A stretch of 64,000 bases of DNA from Ruditapes philippinarum. Lineage: Eukaryota. The DNA lies in the NCBI RefSeq assembly GCF_026571515.1, contig NW_026856982.1:62001-126000 (forward strand), written 5' to 3'. Within the stretch, counting starts at the first letter, position 1, and the number at the start of each line of letters is the position of its first letter. The notes beneath the pieces were generated by a model, which was not told the DNA's origin, searched no databases, and saw only the letters and a program-made list of their open reading frames with translations. Of this stretch, positions 38,601-51,385 are shown in pieces. A program made the position numbers and the translations under genes.

Positions 38601-41600
38601 CAGGGCAAAACAACCTTTCAAACAAAATCTTTAAAATTAATGATATACAAAAGTTTACATCCTAAAAAACACAAATGTGATGACATCCTCGCTATTCTAT
38701 ACAAATACAAGTCTTTGGTGGTGGTGTTGATTTTCACTCAGGATCACGACAGTAAGCCACACTGAATTTATCAGAGCACAGTTCTGCAACCGCATCATTC
38801 CTGGGCAGGCTGTCAAGCAGTTTACCAGTACTAGTTGCCTTCACTTCCACAAGGAATTAAAATTTCTGTTTATGGCAGAGCAGAGGTACAGTGCGAATGA
38901 CCGTATTAAGTACAGTGCTAATGATCGTAGAAAAGATTTCTTGACCAATCACAACAAAAGTGATCTGCACCGTCCCCGAATCATACTCTGGTTGCCCGAT
39001 TCACAGTCCAATGCATTACCTATTGAGCTAACCAGACGGAATTACTTTAATCTCCTAAATATATATATATCAAGGGAAACAATGGCTTAGTGTTTAAAGT
39101 GTCTGCTTCTCAACCCAGGAATCATGGGTTTGAGCCCTAATTGGGTCACAACCATGTTTCTTCTTATAACATCAGTACTAGCGGATTCCAGGAAGTGGAC
39201 TCATAAGTGAATTAATATAAGTTTCACAATCAAGCTCTACTTAGCACAAATAAGTTCACAATACTTAGAATGCCATGAAAGCACTGTTTATCATTATATT
39301 ATAAATATCATCATAAATCAGCATTCACTTCTAGGACAAATTTGTTTATAAGTAAAACTGATTTACAGAACATTTGTATGTTATAATGTATCACATATAG
39401 GATCTAAGTGTTAAACATTTATTACTAAAACTGTTATTTACACCTTAAAAAGAAATAACCATTATTCTAAACATATACACTAAAACTTCTATGATATCAC
39501 TTTACCCTTTCTAAAACACAAAGAATCCAATTTTGAGACAAATATGTGTTAAAAGTTATTTTATACCTAAAATCCACATGTTTAATTGACACCAAACACA
39601 AAGCAATTTATATATTAATGCTGTAATACTATATATATCAGTATCATAAATAAAGCATACAATTGTACTATTTAATTTACTTTTATACAAAATGCCTAGT
39701 TTCATGAATGATTGACAAACATTATCTTAAAGCTATAAAATTTTGTGATCAATCATAAATTTAACAAAAGTTGTCACAGAGAAATTTCACCTCCCCAAAC
39801 CAGCAACCCACAGTGGGTAAAGATTATTTCAAAATACTTTTAAGGGAAAGACTTGCAACTTAACATGACTAAAAATACAGTATAACTTAAAACTACGCTT
39901 ATAATATGCAGATATATATGTAAATAATACAAAAAAATAATACTTTGAATATAACCACTATAGGTAAATATTTGGTAATTGGTATTGATACTTTTTGGTA
40001 TATAATAATTAATTGTAATATGGTAAAAAAGCTGGAATAATCTGTACAGCAGCTAAAATTCCAAACAATAGTATTTTGAATAACTTTTCAAATATTATAT
40101 TATTATGTTTAGTTTATTGCTACATCAAATATGTTTGCAGTGAAATCAGTTATCCACAAAAGTGGTTTTCATTTTCAGCATGTTCTTGATTTATGTCATA
40201 TTACTTTATGCCTAGGAATTCAATACATTCATAAATGGGGTGCGCAGGAATGACGTCATTTAATACATGCAACTTGTCTTACACAGAAGTTGTTACACAG
40301 GTGCTTTTTTTTAAATAGCACTGGCGTAAACAGTAAATACTTACACCCTCTACCCCAGTTATCATTTAATACAAATGTAACATCTGACATTGTACAATAA
40401 ATGATTTCCTGTTAAAACATTAAAATTTGTTATATATAAGATATAAAAAACCTCTAATAATAAGTTATGGAACTGCAAACTACCTGATACTGGGTTCTCC
40501 TTTTGTCCTGGTACATTAAACATATATATCAGTTATAAATATCATAAATAGAGGATATTGAATGAGTGTAAGTTTAATACTGAATTTATTGAACCAGTTG
40601 AATTAAAGTATATTATGTGGGCCTTTGGTGAGCATGACATTATTTTATTCAACAAGTTCAATAAATTCAGTAATGAACTTAAACAAATTTAATATTCTAT
40701 TTATCACATACCAAAGCAAAAGCGGCATGAGTATGTGATAGAAATATCATACAAGGTATAGTGCAACCTCCGTAGGAGCAACCCTCTGTTGAACAGTAAC
40801 CTCTTTACAAAAACCAACTCTCAATTCTTCAAATTATAAGACCATACAATATTTCAAATCTTTCTAGTGCAATACCCATAAGCGACAACTAAAATCCTGG
40901 TCTCAAAAGGTAAACATCCTGAAAAGTTAGTACTGTAATTGCTAAAAACTTAAACATCATTTTTCTAATTTTACTGGAAAAAAACCTACACTATTACAGT
41001 AAACTGACAACATTTCACAGTAACCGGAACACCATACATATATTTGAAATGTATGTGAAATGGGATCAGAACATGTAGGTCTTTCCAAAATCAAAATATT
41101 TTTTTGGAATATAAGCTGACAATAGAAATGTGTTCAGCATTGTATCTTGATGTGAATGTAATAATGTATTGTATATGGAATAACGTTATTCGCTCTTACT
41201 TGTTTCTTCCAGGGCTTTCTGTACAGGAAGTGGCTCTCTTTCTGGGTGTTCCCACAATTGCTGGGGACTGCTGTTATAGTGAAAACAAAAAAGATAAACA
41301 TTAGAGAACATAACTCATAATTCATTATGTGCAGTATGAACATATTGAAAAGATAAACATTAGAGAACATAACTTATGATTCATTCTGTGCAGTATGAAC
41401 ATATTTAAATGATAAACATTGGTTAAATGCACCCTGTTTTGTCTGTTGCTTGTTTTCTTTCATTTATCTGGCAATGTTCCACTGTTACCTGGTTTTCAAG
41501 AGAATATCTAATCAATCAGAAGCCTGGTGATTAACATGTCTGCCTTTCAACTACTGACTGTATGTTTAAAACCTTAAATGGTCATTGTACCTACATGTAT

Positions 41601-44600
41601 TTCTCTACAGGGTAAGGTGGTACACAAAGTAGACTTAAGCATGTTGGCTTATGAAAACTGTAGGATACATGTTAGTTAAGTCCTTTTTTTTTTATACAGT
41701 TGCAATAATAAAATAATGTGATGAAAATTGAACGTGTACATGTACATACATGTATGATTTAGGAAAATGGCATAATCATTCTACAAAACAAGATACTCTA
41801 AGGACTCTGTGATCAGAATGAAAACATATTTCACAATTATGAATAACTTACTCCATGTACATAGAGTTTACACATTCCTCTAAATTCAGACGTCTAAATT
41901 CTTTCAAATCTTCAAAGAAAGTCTCTGATTGGTTGATGGCATTGGAGTCGTTGTCAAGCAAGGCCGCTATCCAATCATATCCCAGCATTTTCTGTTGTTG
42001 CTTGGAGATAGAGTCCATCTGAAAGGTCAAACTTCCTGATGCGTCCCGTGTTGGACTTCGGAAACTGACCCGACTTGTGTTACTTGTACCAGATGTAGAC
42101 TGAAATAGAACACAGAATGACATATTTCAGGGTGTTTTTCTTTTTTTAGTATTTTGGGAACATGATCCATACCCATGGAATCGGGAATTTCAGTGATGTC
42201 TTGTTAAAATTGGGAAAAAATACATGTCATTGACTTAAATTTTGCAGTGATTAAATGATTATGAATACAAAGAATCACTGTCTAGAATGGCATCTTCGAT
42301 TCATTTTTGCACCACCTTATTTTCAAAGATTTTAGAATTTGTTATTAAATATTTTTATTTTGTAACTTTCAATTGGGAATTTTTTCCCATGGATTGGGAA
42401 AATAACATACTATTTTCAATTGGGAATTATGGCTGAATATCGGCTATAAAATAAGCCAGAAAAAAATCCCTGTATAATTTGTATATTCTTTACAAGGTTA
42501 TTGAGCCCTTCATCTGCTGGTAGCAACTGGATCTACCAATGTGATCTGAGCCATCTGATCATGGTCTGCACTGTTCACTACTCAGACAGTAAACATTTTG
42601 AAATTTTCCCTTAGTTTTGTCCAGACTGAAAGATGGACAAGTCTTTGATTTGAGATTTTTAGCATTATTTAAGTGTTAAGTGATGCCCTTTTCTTTCAAT
42701 GCAATGTGGTTGAGCCAAATCAGACTTAATAAAGTTGGCATGTTGATATTAACTTTGTGAAACAGAAGCAGTTAAAACTATTTGTGCAACATTATGTTAT
42801 CTGTTAATACAAAAAATAAACTATAAAAGTATCACTTTACTCTTTCTTGTTAACTTTTATATATAAATTAATAGAAGGCAGTGCTTAGAAAAATACTTAG
42901 AAAAATACTTCTGTTCTATGTTTGCCCTTGATTTTAAAAGATTAAAATAGTTATAAAGATAAAAAGAAATCTTACCCTGTTTGATCTGTTGCTAGTGGAC
43001 AGCAATATTGATTTGGGCTTTTTGGTTTCTTTTATAAATTTGGCAATTTTCCTACTGTTACCAGGGTTACCCAGATTTTTGGAATAATTCTCTTCACCAG
43101 ATATTGGATCTGTATCTCTTACAGGTATATCGTCATCATCACTAACACCTGTACCAGTTCCCAGTCTCTCCTGCAAGAACTTCAGATCACTGTCTTCCAC
43201 ATTGGAATAGCTGTAGTTTAACCGAGGATACTCATCTTCACATTCCTTCAACAGCTCGCTAGCGTTCAGATTCGCCATTCCATTAACTTTCACATTCTGA
43301 TCAATAATTCGCCTCCTTCGGAGAGTATTTGGAGTCCCCGAACCTTTTGCCGCAGTCTCTGCATAACTATCATGATGAGCATTTTCTTTAAGATCATCCA
43401 TGTAAACTTCCTCTATGTCTTTTCTCAAGTTAGATAACTCTGTATTAGTGTCCCTGCTTAAATATTCTTGACTTTCTACATTTAAATCTTTACTTTGGAA
43501 TGATTTCTTTGGGGAAGTCTCAACAAGATTTTCTTTGTTGGAATTGCGTCCACGTTTCAAATCTGCCTGATCTGTTTCTTCTCTTGATTGAGTTCTCCTT
43601 CTATGTAGTCTGTAAACAAATCCAATGTCCTAGTTTACAAATTTTAAGTAGTAACACCATACCATTTTTATCATCTAACTCTTTTTAATAAACAAATTAT
43701 TTCATCTCATAGTGCTCATTATTCGCAATTCAGGACAGTTTTCTTTTTCTTAATATCTTTAAAAAGTCATGGCAATTAATAATGAGGAAAATTGTGCATT
43801 TTTTAAAAGAATTTTTTACTATATACAATCAATAGGAAATGCTCGCACCCTGACAGAACCCAAATGACATTGTTTATGACAAATTTCACACTTAAAATAA
43901 CATAACATTTTTATTATTTGAGTATTTTTATGAAATTTGGACTATAAGTAAATGACAGACCATTAACTGACTAGTAGACCACTATAAGTCTAATACAGTA
44001 AGCAAAGCATTGATAAAATTGTAGAAAAATTAAAATTTAAATATGTAAATATTATGATATAAATATAATGTAATGTACTATATTATTTCCCACCAGTTAT
44101 TTCCTGAAAATTTATTAACTTCAATATAATTCTGACAAACTGAATTCTTGTTTTTTTAAAAAAAATGCTAAGAACATTCAAAATTTATTTCAATTCAATG
44201 AACAATGAAAGAGTTTTTCATTTAAAAACTACTCAATATTTACTTTGACAAATATACATAATGATGAATTTATCTTATATGTAAGACCAAAATATTTAAC
44301 TAATGGCTCGGGTGATATAAAATCTTGACAGGTAATATATCCACATATACGTGGGTTGTCCCAAAAGTCTGTGACAAATTTTATAGCCGGTTCATTTTTA
44401 ACGCCAATAGAAAGTAATTCACACATATAACCGTTAAGTTTATTATTTAACATTACAACAAATCATTTACAAAAAATTTATCCTAGTTACTTAGAAATTT
44501 TCAATATTTACGACATTGGTTTGAGTTGCCGGTGCACGTCAAATAATTTACATTTTGCTATGAATAGGCTGAAATTAATTACGTATATTTCAAATATCTG

Positions 44601-45747
44601 ATGATGTGTCTGCACAATGTCACGTTGACTTCCTCTGCTGCTATGTTTAAATCATCTCTGAAAATTTTAGTTAAATAACTTAAACAACGAAAAAGATACG
44701 AATAAATGAAAATATCTCATATAAAATAGGAAAGTTAAAATGGCGACGTTCGAAAAATTTGTGGCGCAGTGAACAACATGTCACTCAGGTTTCATGACTA
44801 TTTCGAGATGACACATGTAACGATTTTCAACAATTATACCGAATATAACAGTTTAGCAACCTATTCTGAGCATTTGTGTACAAAAGGCATGAACGGAACC
44901 ATAAATTTGCGCTACAAAAAGCGAAAATAAGGAAAACACGGATAGGAAGACCGATCTTCGTCGCCTATTTCCTACAGCTAAAAACAGGAGTAACGAGATC
45001 GGAAGTTCGCGTATAGCAAAAATTAATGTATGCCATCCAAACATTCAACAGACATTAACAACCACATGATTTAAGTCAGAAATTGACGATTTATGGGTAC
45101 CATTATTGCGTTGAAAGCCATTGAGAGTATTTGAGAACGGCGCCTTATATAGATTTAACGCCGTCCTTTGACGTTGGACGTGCGCCGAGATTCAGTTAGT
45201 TGCCATGGTGTTTATGGCATATTTTTGTTGTTTGTTAATATTTTTCTATGAAAATTTGTGAAAATATTTAAATTATATGGGTTTATAACATATTAAAATA
45301 TCAAATTCGCACCTGTTTAAGTTAGCTTTTTATCAATCTTGTCACAGAATATTAGGACAACCCTCGTATCACTCCAAAACCAAAATAACATATAATATTT
45401 GTAACACATTACCTTGCTCTAACTTCTCTACTAGGAGTGTTTGAGACAGACTTCTGTAAACCTGTATCCATTCTCTCAGTTAAATTACTTCTACAATTTG
45501 AGTCTTGGTTGTTTCCAAACCTCCGTACTGGAGACCTCTTAGTTCTCTCCCCTCTAGCTTGTTTTGTCATGGTTACGCTGGACAATGAAGATTGACCCTG
45601 TTCACCATTGTTATCATATGTAGATGGATCCCTGGTAGAGGAGGTACTAACAAAACTTTGTTGTAATCTGGACTGTTTATCTTTCAGCTTACGAAGAAGA
45701 AGCTTGCTCTGCTCCCTAAGATCTTCATCAATTTCCACGGACATCAT
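35650..45747 (-). CDS. MIIP: Migration and invasion inhibitory protein-like (MIIP family), ~636 aa
   Basis: Minus-strand exons 45413..45747, 42976..43609, 41852..42099, 41200..41270, 38203..38344, 37446..37542, 36836..36940 and 35650..35928 (1911 nt, phases match). MIIP motifs [74 protein letters not shown]. Confidence 0.88.
36145..36537. repeat. 15-bp minisatellite (ttt/tta-atataactgtgt), ~26 copies
   Basis: Nearly perfect array with only two variants; in the last intron of the MIIP-like gene. Confidence 0.97.
37680..38143. repeat. ~31-bp minisatellite (aagtatgaataatgcaaagtgtgatatcatt), ~14 copies
   Basis: Visible tandem units with recurring variants. Confidence 0.92.
38735..39038 (-). mobile_element. 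tRNA-derived SINE (degenerate)
   Basis: The reverse complement starts GTCTGGTTAGCTCAATAGGTAATGCA (A-box-like), continues GATTGGTCAAGAAATCTTTTCTACG and then AGTACTGGTAAACTGCTT...GCCTGCCCAGGAA. Confidence 0.55.
39074..39238 (+). mobile_element. tRNA-derived SINE remnant (same family as 9240-9412)
   Basis: TGGCTTAGTGTTTAA A-box, GGTTTGAGCCC B-box, then GGTCACAACCATG...CCAGGAAGTGGACTC. Confidence 0.65.
42128..42472. mobile_element. Small MITE with CAGGG...CCCTG ends
   Basis: CAGGGTGTTTTTCT / AGAAAAAAATCCCTG termini and internal TTGGGAA motifs; TSD unclear. Confidence 0.5.
44350..45366. mobile_element. Non-autonomous Tc1/mariner-type element with TA TSD
   Basis: TA|CGTGGGTTGTCCCAAAAGTCTGTGACAA ... 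TTGTCACAGAATATTAGGACAACCCTCG|TA. No transposase ORF. Confidence 0.75.
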
Positions 45748-45937
45748 TCTTCTTCAATGGCTTGACTGAAAAATAAAAAATTATTAAGTGTATGTTACGA
45801 CAAAATCAAAACATGTAGTAGGGGTAGTTGCAACTTAAAAAGTGACAAATTTTTACACCGCTTATTAATTAACACCATTCAAAGCTGACAAATTCTGATA
45901 AAGAAAAGCATAATTTAATTCAACATATCAAAGTTCT

Positions 45938-46743
45938 CAGGGTTAGCATTTAGCAAGATTTTCTACTTGCAGATTTTTGCAAGTGATCAAATGTTAAACT
46001 GGCAATATAAGGTACTCAACTGGCATTTCCATGTCTGATGATCACGTATCTTATTATTATTATCATTATTATTATTATTATTATTATTATTACACAATAC
46101 ACAATGACAATGTTTTTGAACATCTGGTATATCAAATGATAATAAGCTTGAATGTCTATTAAATATCAGAATCATCTTTATCACCGTTAATCACAGATGT
46201 CTTCTTGTAGCAAACACATTAATTTATAAATTTTAAACAAATTTTTAGAGATCAGATTTCGTATACCTACACTTATAAACTTGTTCATGTTATGTAATTT
46301 CTTTGGACCTTCATTAATTTTTGCATATTTTGTACTTGATTACACCAACAGCCTGAAAACTCAGAGGTACTGATCTACTTAAATAAATATTTCAGCTTAA
46401 AAGTAAACACTTTACAGAGGATTGCTACGCATTTACATTGGACCCTGATAAAACATCTTGGATGCTCTAACAAATAGTGTTTGGCTGTTATAAATAGTCA
46501 ATCAAAATATAGTCACAGGAAAAATAAATAGAGCAACCAAAAATTGATTTTTAAGTTTTAAAGGTAAACGTCATCAGTTTCTGCAGCGGGCACTTGCCAA
46601 TCATCAGCTCAGAAGATAACAATTATGTAAACGTCCAAAATTAACAGTAACTTGCAAATAAATGCCAGCTAGAGTAATTTTTACTGGCATTATTAAATTT
46701 TAACTGGCATTTTGCCAGTATGCCAGCTTAAATTCGAACCCTG
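45938..46743. mobile_element. Non-autonomous CAGGG-ended DNA transposon with a 5-bp TSD (GTTCT); hAT5-like
   Basis: GTTCT|CAGGGTTAGCATTTA ... TAAATTCGAACCCTG|GTTCT. Confidence 0.7.
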
Positions 46744-46912
46744 GTTCTTACATATCAAAGTTTGCTGCTCCAGTTATTTATATACTAACATGGGGAATGC
46801 AGAAGAAGGGGAATGCAGAAGAAAAAACAGCCCAGTGGTTGAAACTGAAATTTGTTTCTTTTCAAAAATAAAAAAAAAAAAAAATTTAATAAGGCTAATT
46901 AAGTATACATAG

Positions 46913-49285
46913 AACAAGAGCTGTCACAGGAGACAGCGAAGCTCGACTAATAAAATACTGGACGCAGTAAGGAGGACAAAACTATGAAAGAAAAATCAAT
47001 TATGTATAATTATGTATTAAGTTATAGTAAAAAAATAACATTTGTTAACATAAATTCCAGATCAAGGGGAATAATTCTAAAAATAGTCATGCTAGAGTTA
47101 TGGACCTTTTCACACAACATGTGTGTTATGATAAGAAATATATATTTGAAGTTTGAAGTAGATACCTTAACAAGAGCTGTCACAGGAGACAGCGAAGCTC
47201 GACTAATAAAATACTGGACGCAGTAAGGAGGACAAAACTATGAAAGAAAAATCAATTATGTATAATTACGTATTAAGTTATAGTAAAAAAATAACATTTG
47301 TTAACATAAATTCCAAGATCAAGGGGAATAATTATAGAAAAAGTCATGCTAGAGTTATGGATCTTGCCACACAACATTTGTGTAATGATAAGAAATATAT
47401 ATTTGAAGTTTGAAGTAGAAAATTACCTTAAAAAGTAAAGAAGTTATTATATTTCTTAAAGAAAATCCTAAGTTCAAAGAGAGATAAATCTGTAAATATT
47501 GCTTCAAGAGTTATGAACATTGTCACATAAAATGTAATTAATGATAAGGTATAAGTATTTGAAGTTTGAGGTAGATACCTTTAAAAATAAAAAAGTTAAA
47601 ATAAAAAATAACATTTTTTCTAGTAAATAAATCTAAGTTTATGGGAGATAATTCTTGCAAATATTGGTGCTAGAGTTATGAACCTTGTCACATAAGATGT
47701 GGATGATGATTACGTAATTATATTTGAAGTATAAAGTTGATCCCTTTAGAAATAAATAAGTTACAGTAAAAAATAATATTTTTTATGGAAAATTCTAAGT
47801 TCAAAGGGAGATAAATCTGAAAATATTGGTGCTAGAGTTATGAACCTTGTCACATAAGATGGGGATGATGATAACGTAAATATATTTGAAGTATGAGGTC
47901 GACCCCCTAAGAAACAAAGAAGAAACAGTAAGAAATAGTATTTTTTGAGGAAAATTCTAAGTTCAAGGGGAGATAAATCTGAAAATATTGGTGCTAGAGT
48001 TATGAACCTTGTCACATAAGATGGGGATGATGATAAGGTACATATATTTGAAGTATGAGGTTGATCCCTTAAGAAATAAAGAAGAATCAGTAAAAAAATA
48101 GTATTTTTTAAGGAAAATTCTAAGTTCAAGGGGAGATAAATCTGAAAATATTGGTGCTAGAGTTATGAACCTTGTCACATAAGATGTGGTTGATGATAAG
48201 GAACATATATTTGAAGTTTGAAGTTGATACCTTAAGAAATGACAAAGTTATAGTGAAAAATATTTTACTGCACCAAAACTTTAATCTAAAATCTGGACGC
48301 GGACGCCGACGCCGGGGCGAGTAGGACAGCTCTCCATATACTTCGTATAGTCGAGCTAAAAAGTAAAGAAGTTATTATATTTCTTAAAGAAAATCCTAAG
48401 TTCAAAGAGAGATAAATCTGTAAATATTACTTCTAGAGTTATGAACATTGTCACATAAAATGTAATTGATGATAAAGAATAAGTATTTGAAGTTTGAGTT
48501 AGATACCTTTAAAAATAAAAAAGTTATAATAAAAAATAACATTTTTCTAGTAAAAAAATCTAAGTTTATGGGGAGATAATTCTTGCAATATTGGAGCTAG
48601 AGTTATGAACCTTGTCACATAAGATATGGATGATGATAAGGTACATATATTTGAAGTATGAAGTTGATCCCTTTAGAAATAAATAAGTTACAGTAAAAAA
48701 TAATATTTTTTTTCGGGAAAAATTCTAAGTTCAAGAGAGATAAATCTGAAATTATTTGTGCTAGAGTTACGAACCTTGTCACATAAGATGGGGATGATGA
48801 TAAGGTACATATATTTGAAGTATGAGGGTGATCCTTTAAGAATTAAAGAAGTAACAGTAAAAAATATTATTTTTTAAGGAAAATTCTAAGTTCAAGGGAA
48901 GATAAATCTTAAAAACATTGGTGCTAAAGTTATGACCCTTGTCACATAAGATGGGGATGATGATAAGATACATTTATTTAAAGTATGAGGGTGATCCCTT
49001 AAGAAATAAAGAAGTTACAGTAAAAAATAGTATTTTTTAAGGAAAATTCTAAGTTCAAGGGGAGATAAATCTGAAAATATTGGTGCTAGAGTTATGAACC
49101 TTGTCACATAAGATGTGGTTGATGATAAGGAACATATATTTGAAGTTTGAAGTTGATACCTTAAGAAATGACAAAGTTATAGTGAAAAATATTTTACTGC
49201 ACCAAAACTTTAATCTGAAATCTGGACGCGGACGCCGGGGCGAGTAGGACAGCTCTCCATATACTTCGTATAGTCGAGCTAAAAA
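46913..49285 (+). mobile_element. Two nested copies of one Helentron-type element (inner copy 47169-48360) with ~160-bp internal tandem units
   Basis: Identical heads AACAAGAGCTGTCACAGGAGACAGCGAAGCTCGACTA at 46913 and 47169. Identical tails GGACGCGGACGCC...TAGTCGAGCTAAAA at ~48360 and ~49285. The outer copy resumes exactly where it was interrupted. Confidence 0.85.
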
Positions 49286-49696
49286 GGATAAAGTGCTTCA
49301 GGAACAGACTGGTCATTCTGACAGAGGTGATTTTGACACTTGACGGTTAAGCTTAAAGGAAGCAGAGCACAGTCATGAATGGTATAGTCATAATAAGATA
49401 ACCAGTAATTGTACCTGAAATTAAGATGATATCTAATTTAATTGAACCCACCCGCCTGCAAAAATTAATTTGCTTAAAATCAAATTTTGGGATTAATAAT
49501 TTCATTTCCAATTAATAATTTTCATTTTACGGTAAATAGCTTATTAGCTAATATTTCTTGTAATATGTAAACCTACTTAAATAGAATAAATTTCCTTAAA
49601 GTTTCTTGTTTCCATTCAGGGAAAAAAAGTTGTCACGAAATGTAAGCATATAATTTGACTCGACACCTAAAATTAAGTTGCGTTAAAGAGTAATTT

Positions 49697-50780
49697 CAGG
49701 GCTTGAATTTAACTTTTTTGGCCACTTGCAATTTTTTGCTAGTGGACAAATTTTTAACTAGCATAAACTGAATTCAACTAGCACTTTTAAAGACAATGAT
49801 TTTTTAATTCCAAAATTGTTTAAACTTTTGTATACATTCATTAATTGTTTAAATTATCATGTACCATAATAATTAATTCATTGTTGTTACAATTATGTAT
49901 CATAATAATGATTAAATTAACACGATCAATATGAAAGATTACTTTTTTATTTCTGCATAAAAGGTTTAAACATATTTTGTGACAGCTGACTTAATCATGA
50001 AATTGGGCATGAAAAAAATTAGAATACTTCACTTTTAAGTTTAATTATTTGATGTGCTGAAAGACAAAGTTGTTGCTGGATATAGAGAATAACAAAATTA
50101 AAATTGTAATTTATTTGGACGAGTTCGAACTGCCCGGGGTACGAATCAGCAACGTAACTTTCTACTCAAAAACTTGATTTAGGGGACAGGGATTCTTATC
50201 AAATGTCAATCTACATGTAAATAAATAATAATGCAATATTGTCGCCATATCCACGATGTCTGGTCTGGATTATGCGCACAACAATCGGCGCAAAATATTT
50301 TGGCAACATTTCCATCTACGTAAGACTGACATGCAGTTCTTTCTTCCATTTTTTAACAGTTCTAACTGAAAGTCTGATTGTCTTTCATTTGATAGACTGT
50401 GAATCATCTTCTGTACTCGGAGTATTGTTATTGGAAGACACATTTGCTTCAGTAAGTGGGAAGAAGTTTGTTACTTTTCATTTAGACATTTTATTCCGAT
50501 CACGCTTGATTTACACGGACAAAATGACATTTGGACTGGTTTAAATTTGTGTACTTTTTTAAGCGAGGTTAAGGTATAGAAAATGTAAACCAGACAGCAA
50601 GTGCGCGCACAGTTTATAACTCGGCTACCTGCGAATATTACGCCCCATTTAAATTTCGGATTTTCCAGACAAGCGTATTCTGTTTTTTCTTCAACTCGCA
50701 AAAAATTGCGGGTAGTCATAAATCTAACTCGCAAAATCATTTTTCAACTAGCATTTTGCGAGTGTTAAATTCGAGCCCTG
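49697..50780. mobile_element. Non-autonomous CAGGG-ended DNA transposon with a 5-bp TSD (AATTT); hAT5-like
   Basis: AATTT|CAGGGCTTGAATTTAAC ... GTTAAATTCGAGCCCTG|AATTT; subterminal AACTAGCA/AACTCGCA repeats. Confidence 0.75.
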
Positions 50781-51289
50781 AATTTTATTGCCTGTAGGAA
50801 CCGGCGATATAAATTATTCTTGGTCAGTAACGTGTTAACAATATATGCTGGAAATTGATCAATTCCAAAGGCCAATGAATTTCGTGCAAGGAAATGTTGA
50901 ATTTTTTAAGAGCTATTTATCATTTTATGCTTGATACCTGACCAGTGCATAGCTATTTCTGAAAATTGTATTCAAATACATTCAGGATCTTTTCAGTAAA
51001 TACATTAAGAACTATTCAATAAGAGAACATTTAAAACTTGTTAATGCGATGATAAAATTTTATTTTCTAACCCCACCCACTAATCTTGACAGAGGCAGAA
51101 CTGAAACAAGTTTTGACAAGTTGAAATATGGAACCAAATTTACATGCAAGGAACATGATTAAATCAAACTTGTAACAGGATGTTAGCTTGTTTAAATTCT
51201 TAACAAAAATCATAGAAAACAGACACTCAACCTTTGAGTTATTAAAACATGCCACAAATATTGAATAAAAAGTTGAATTTAGTTTCAAT

Positions 51290-51360
51290 CATCCGCCATT
51301 GGAGTTTACATCAACGACGCTTTCTGATTGGTTCGATAGATCTCGCAAGATCTCACGTAC
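51290..51360. promoter_or_regulatory. Candidate bidirectional promoter core for XXYLT1 and the MIIP-like gene
   Basis: CCGCCATT (YY1-like), GATTGG (reverse CCAAT box) and TCTCGCAAGA (one mismatch to TCTCGCGAGA) cluster 30-95 bp upstream of the XXYLT1 ATG. Confidence 0.4.
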
Positions 51361-51385
51361 CGTGTTCCGTAAGAACAGTAAGATC

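Noticed and set aside
47761-48178. 122-aa and 71-aa repetitive ORFs
   Set aside because: They fall in tandem units of a non-autonomous element; no Rep/helicase motifs.
51299-51385. N-terminal extension of XXYLT1 from the TTG start in the ORF track
   Set aside because: Eukaryotic gene; the first ATG (51386) has good context (ATCATGG) and precedes a short tail and the TM helix.
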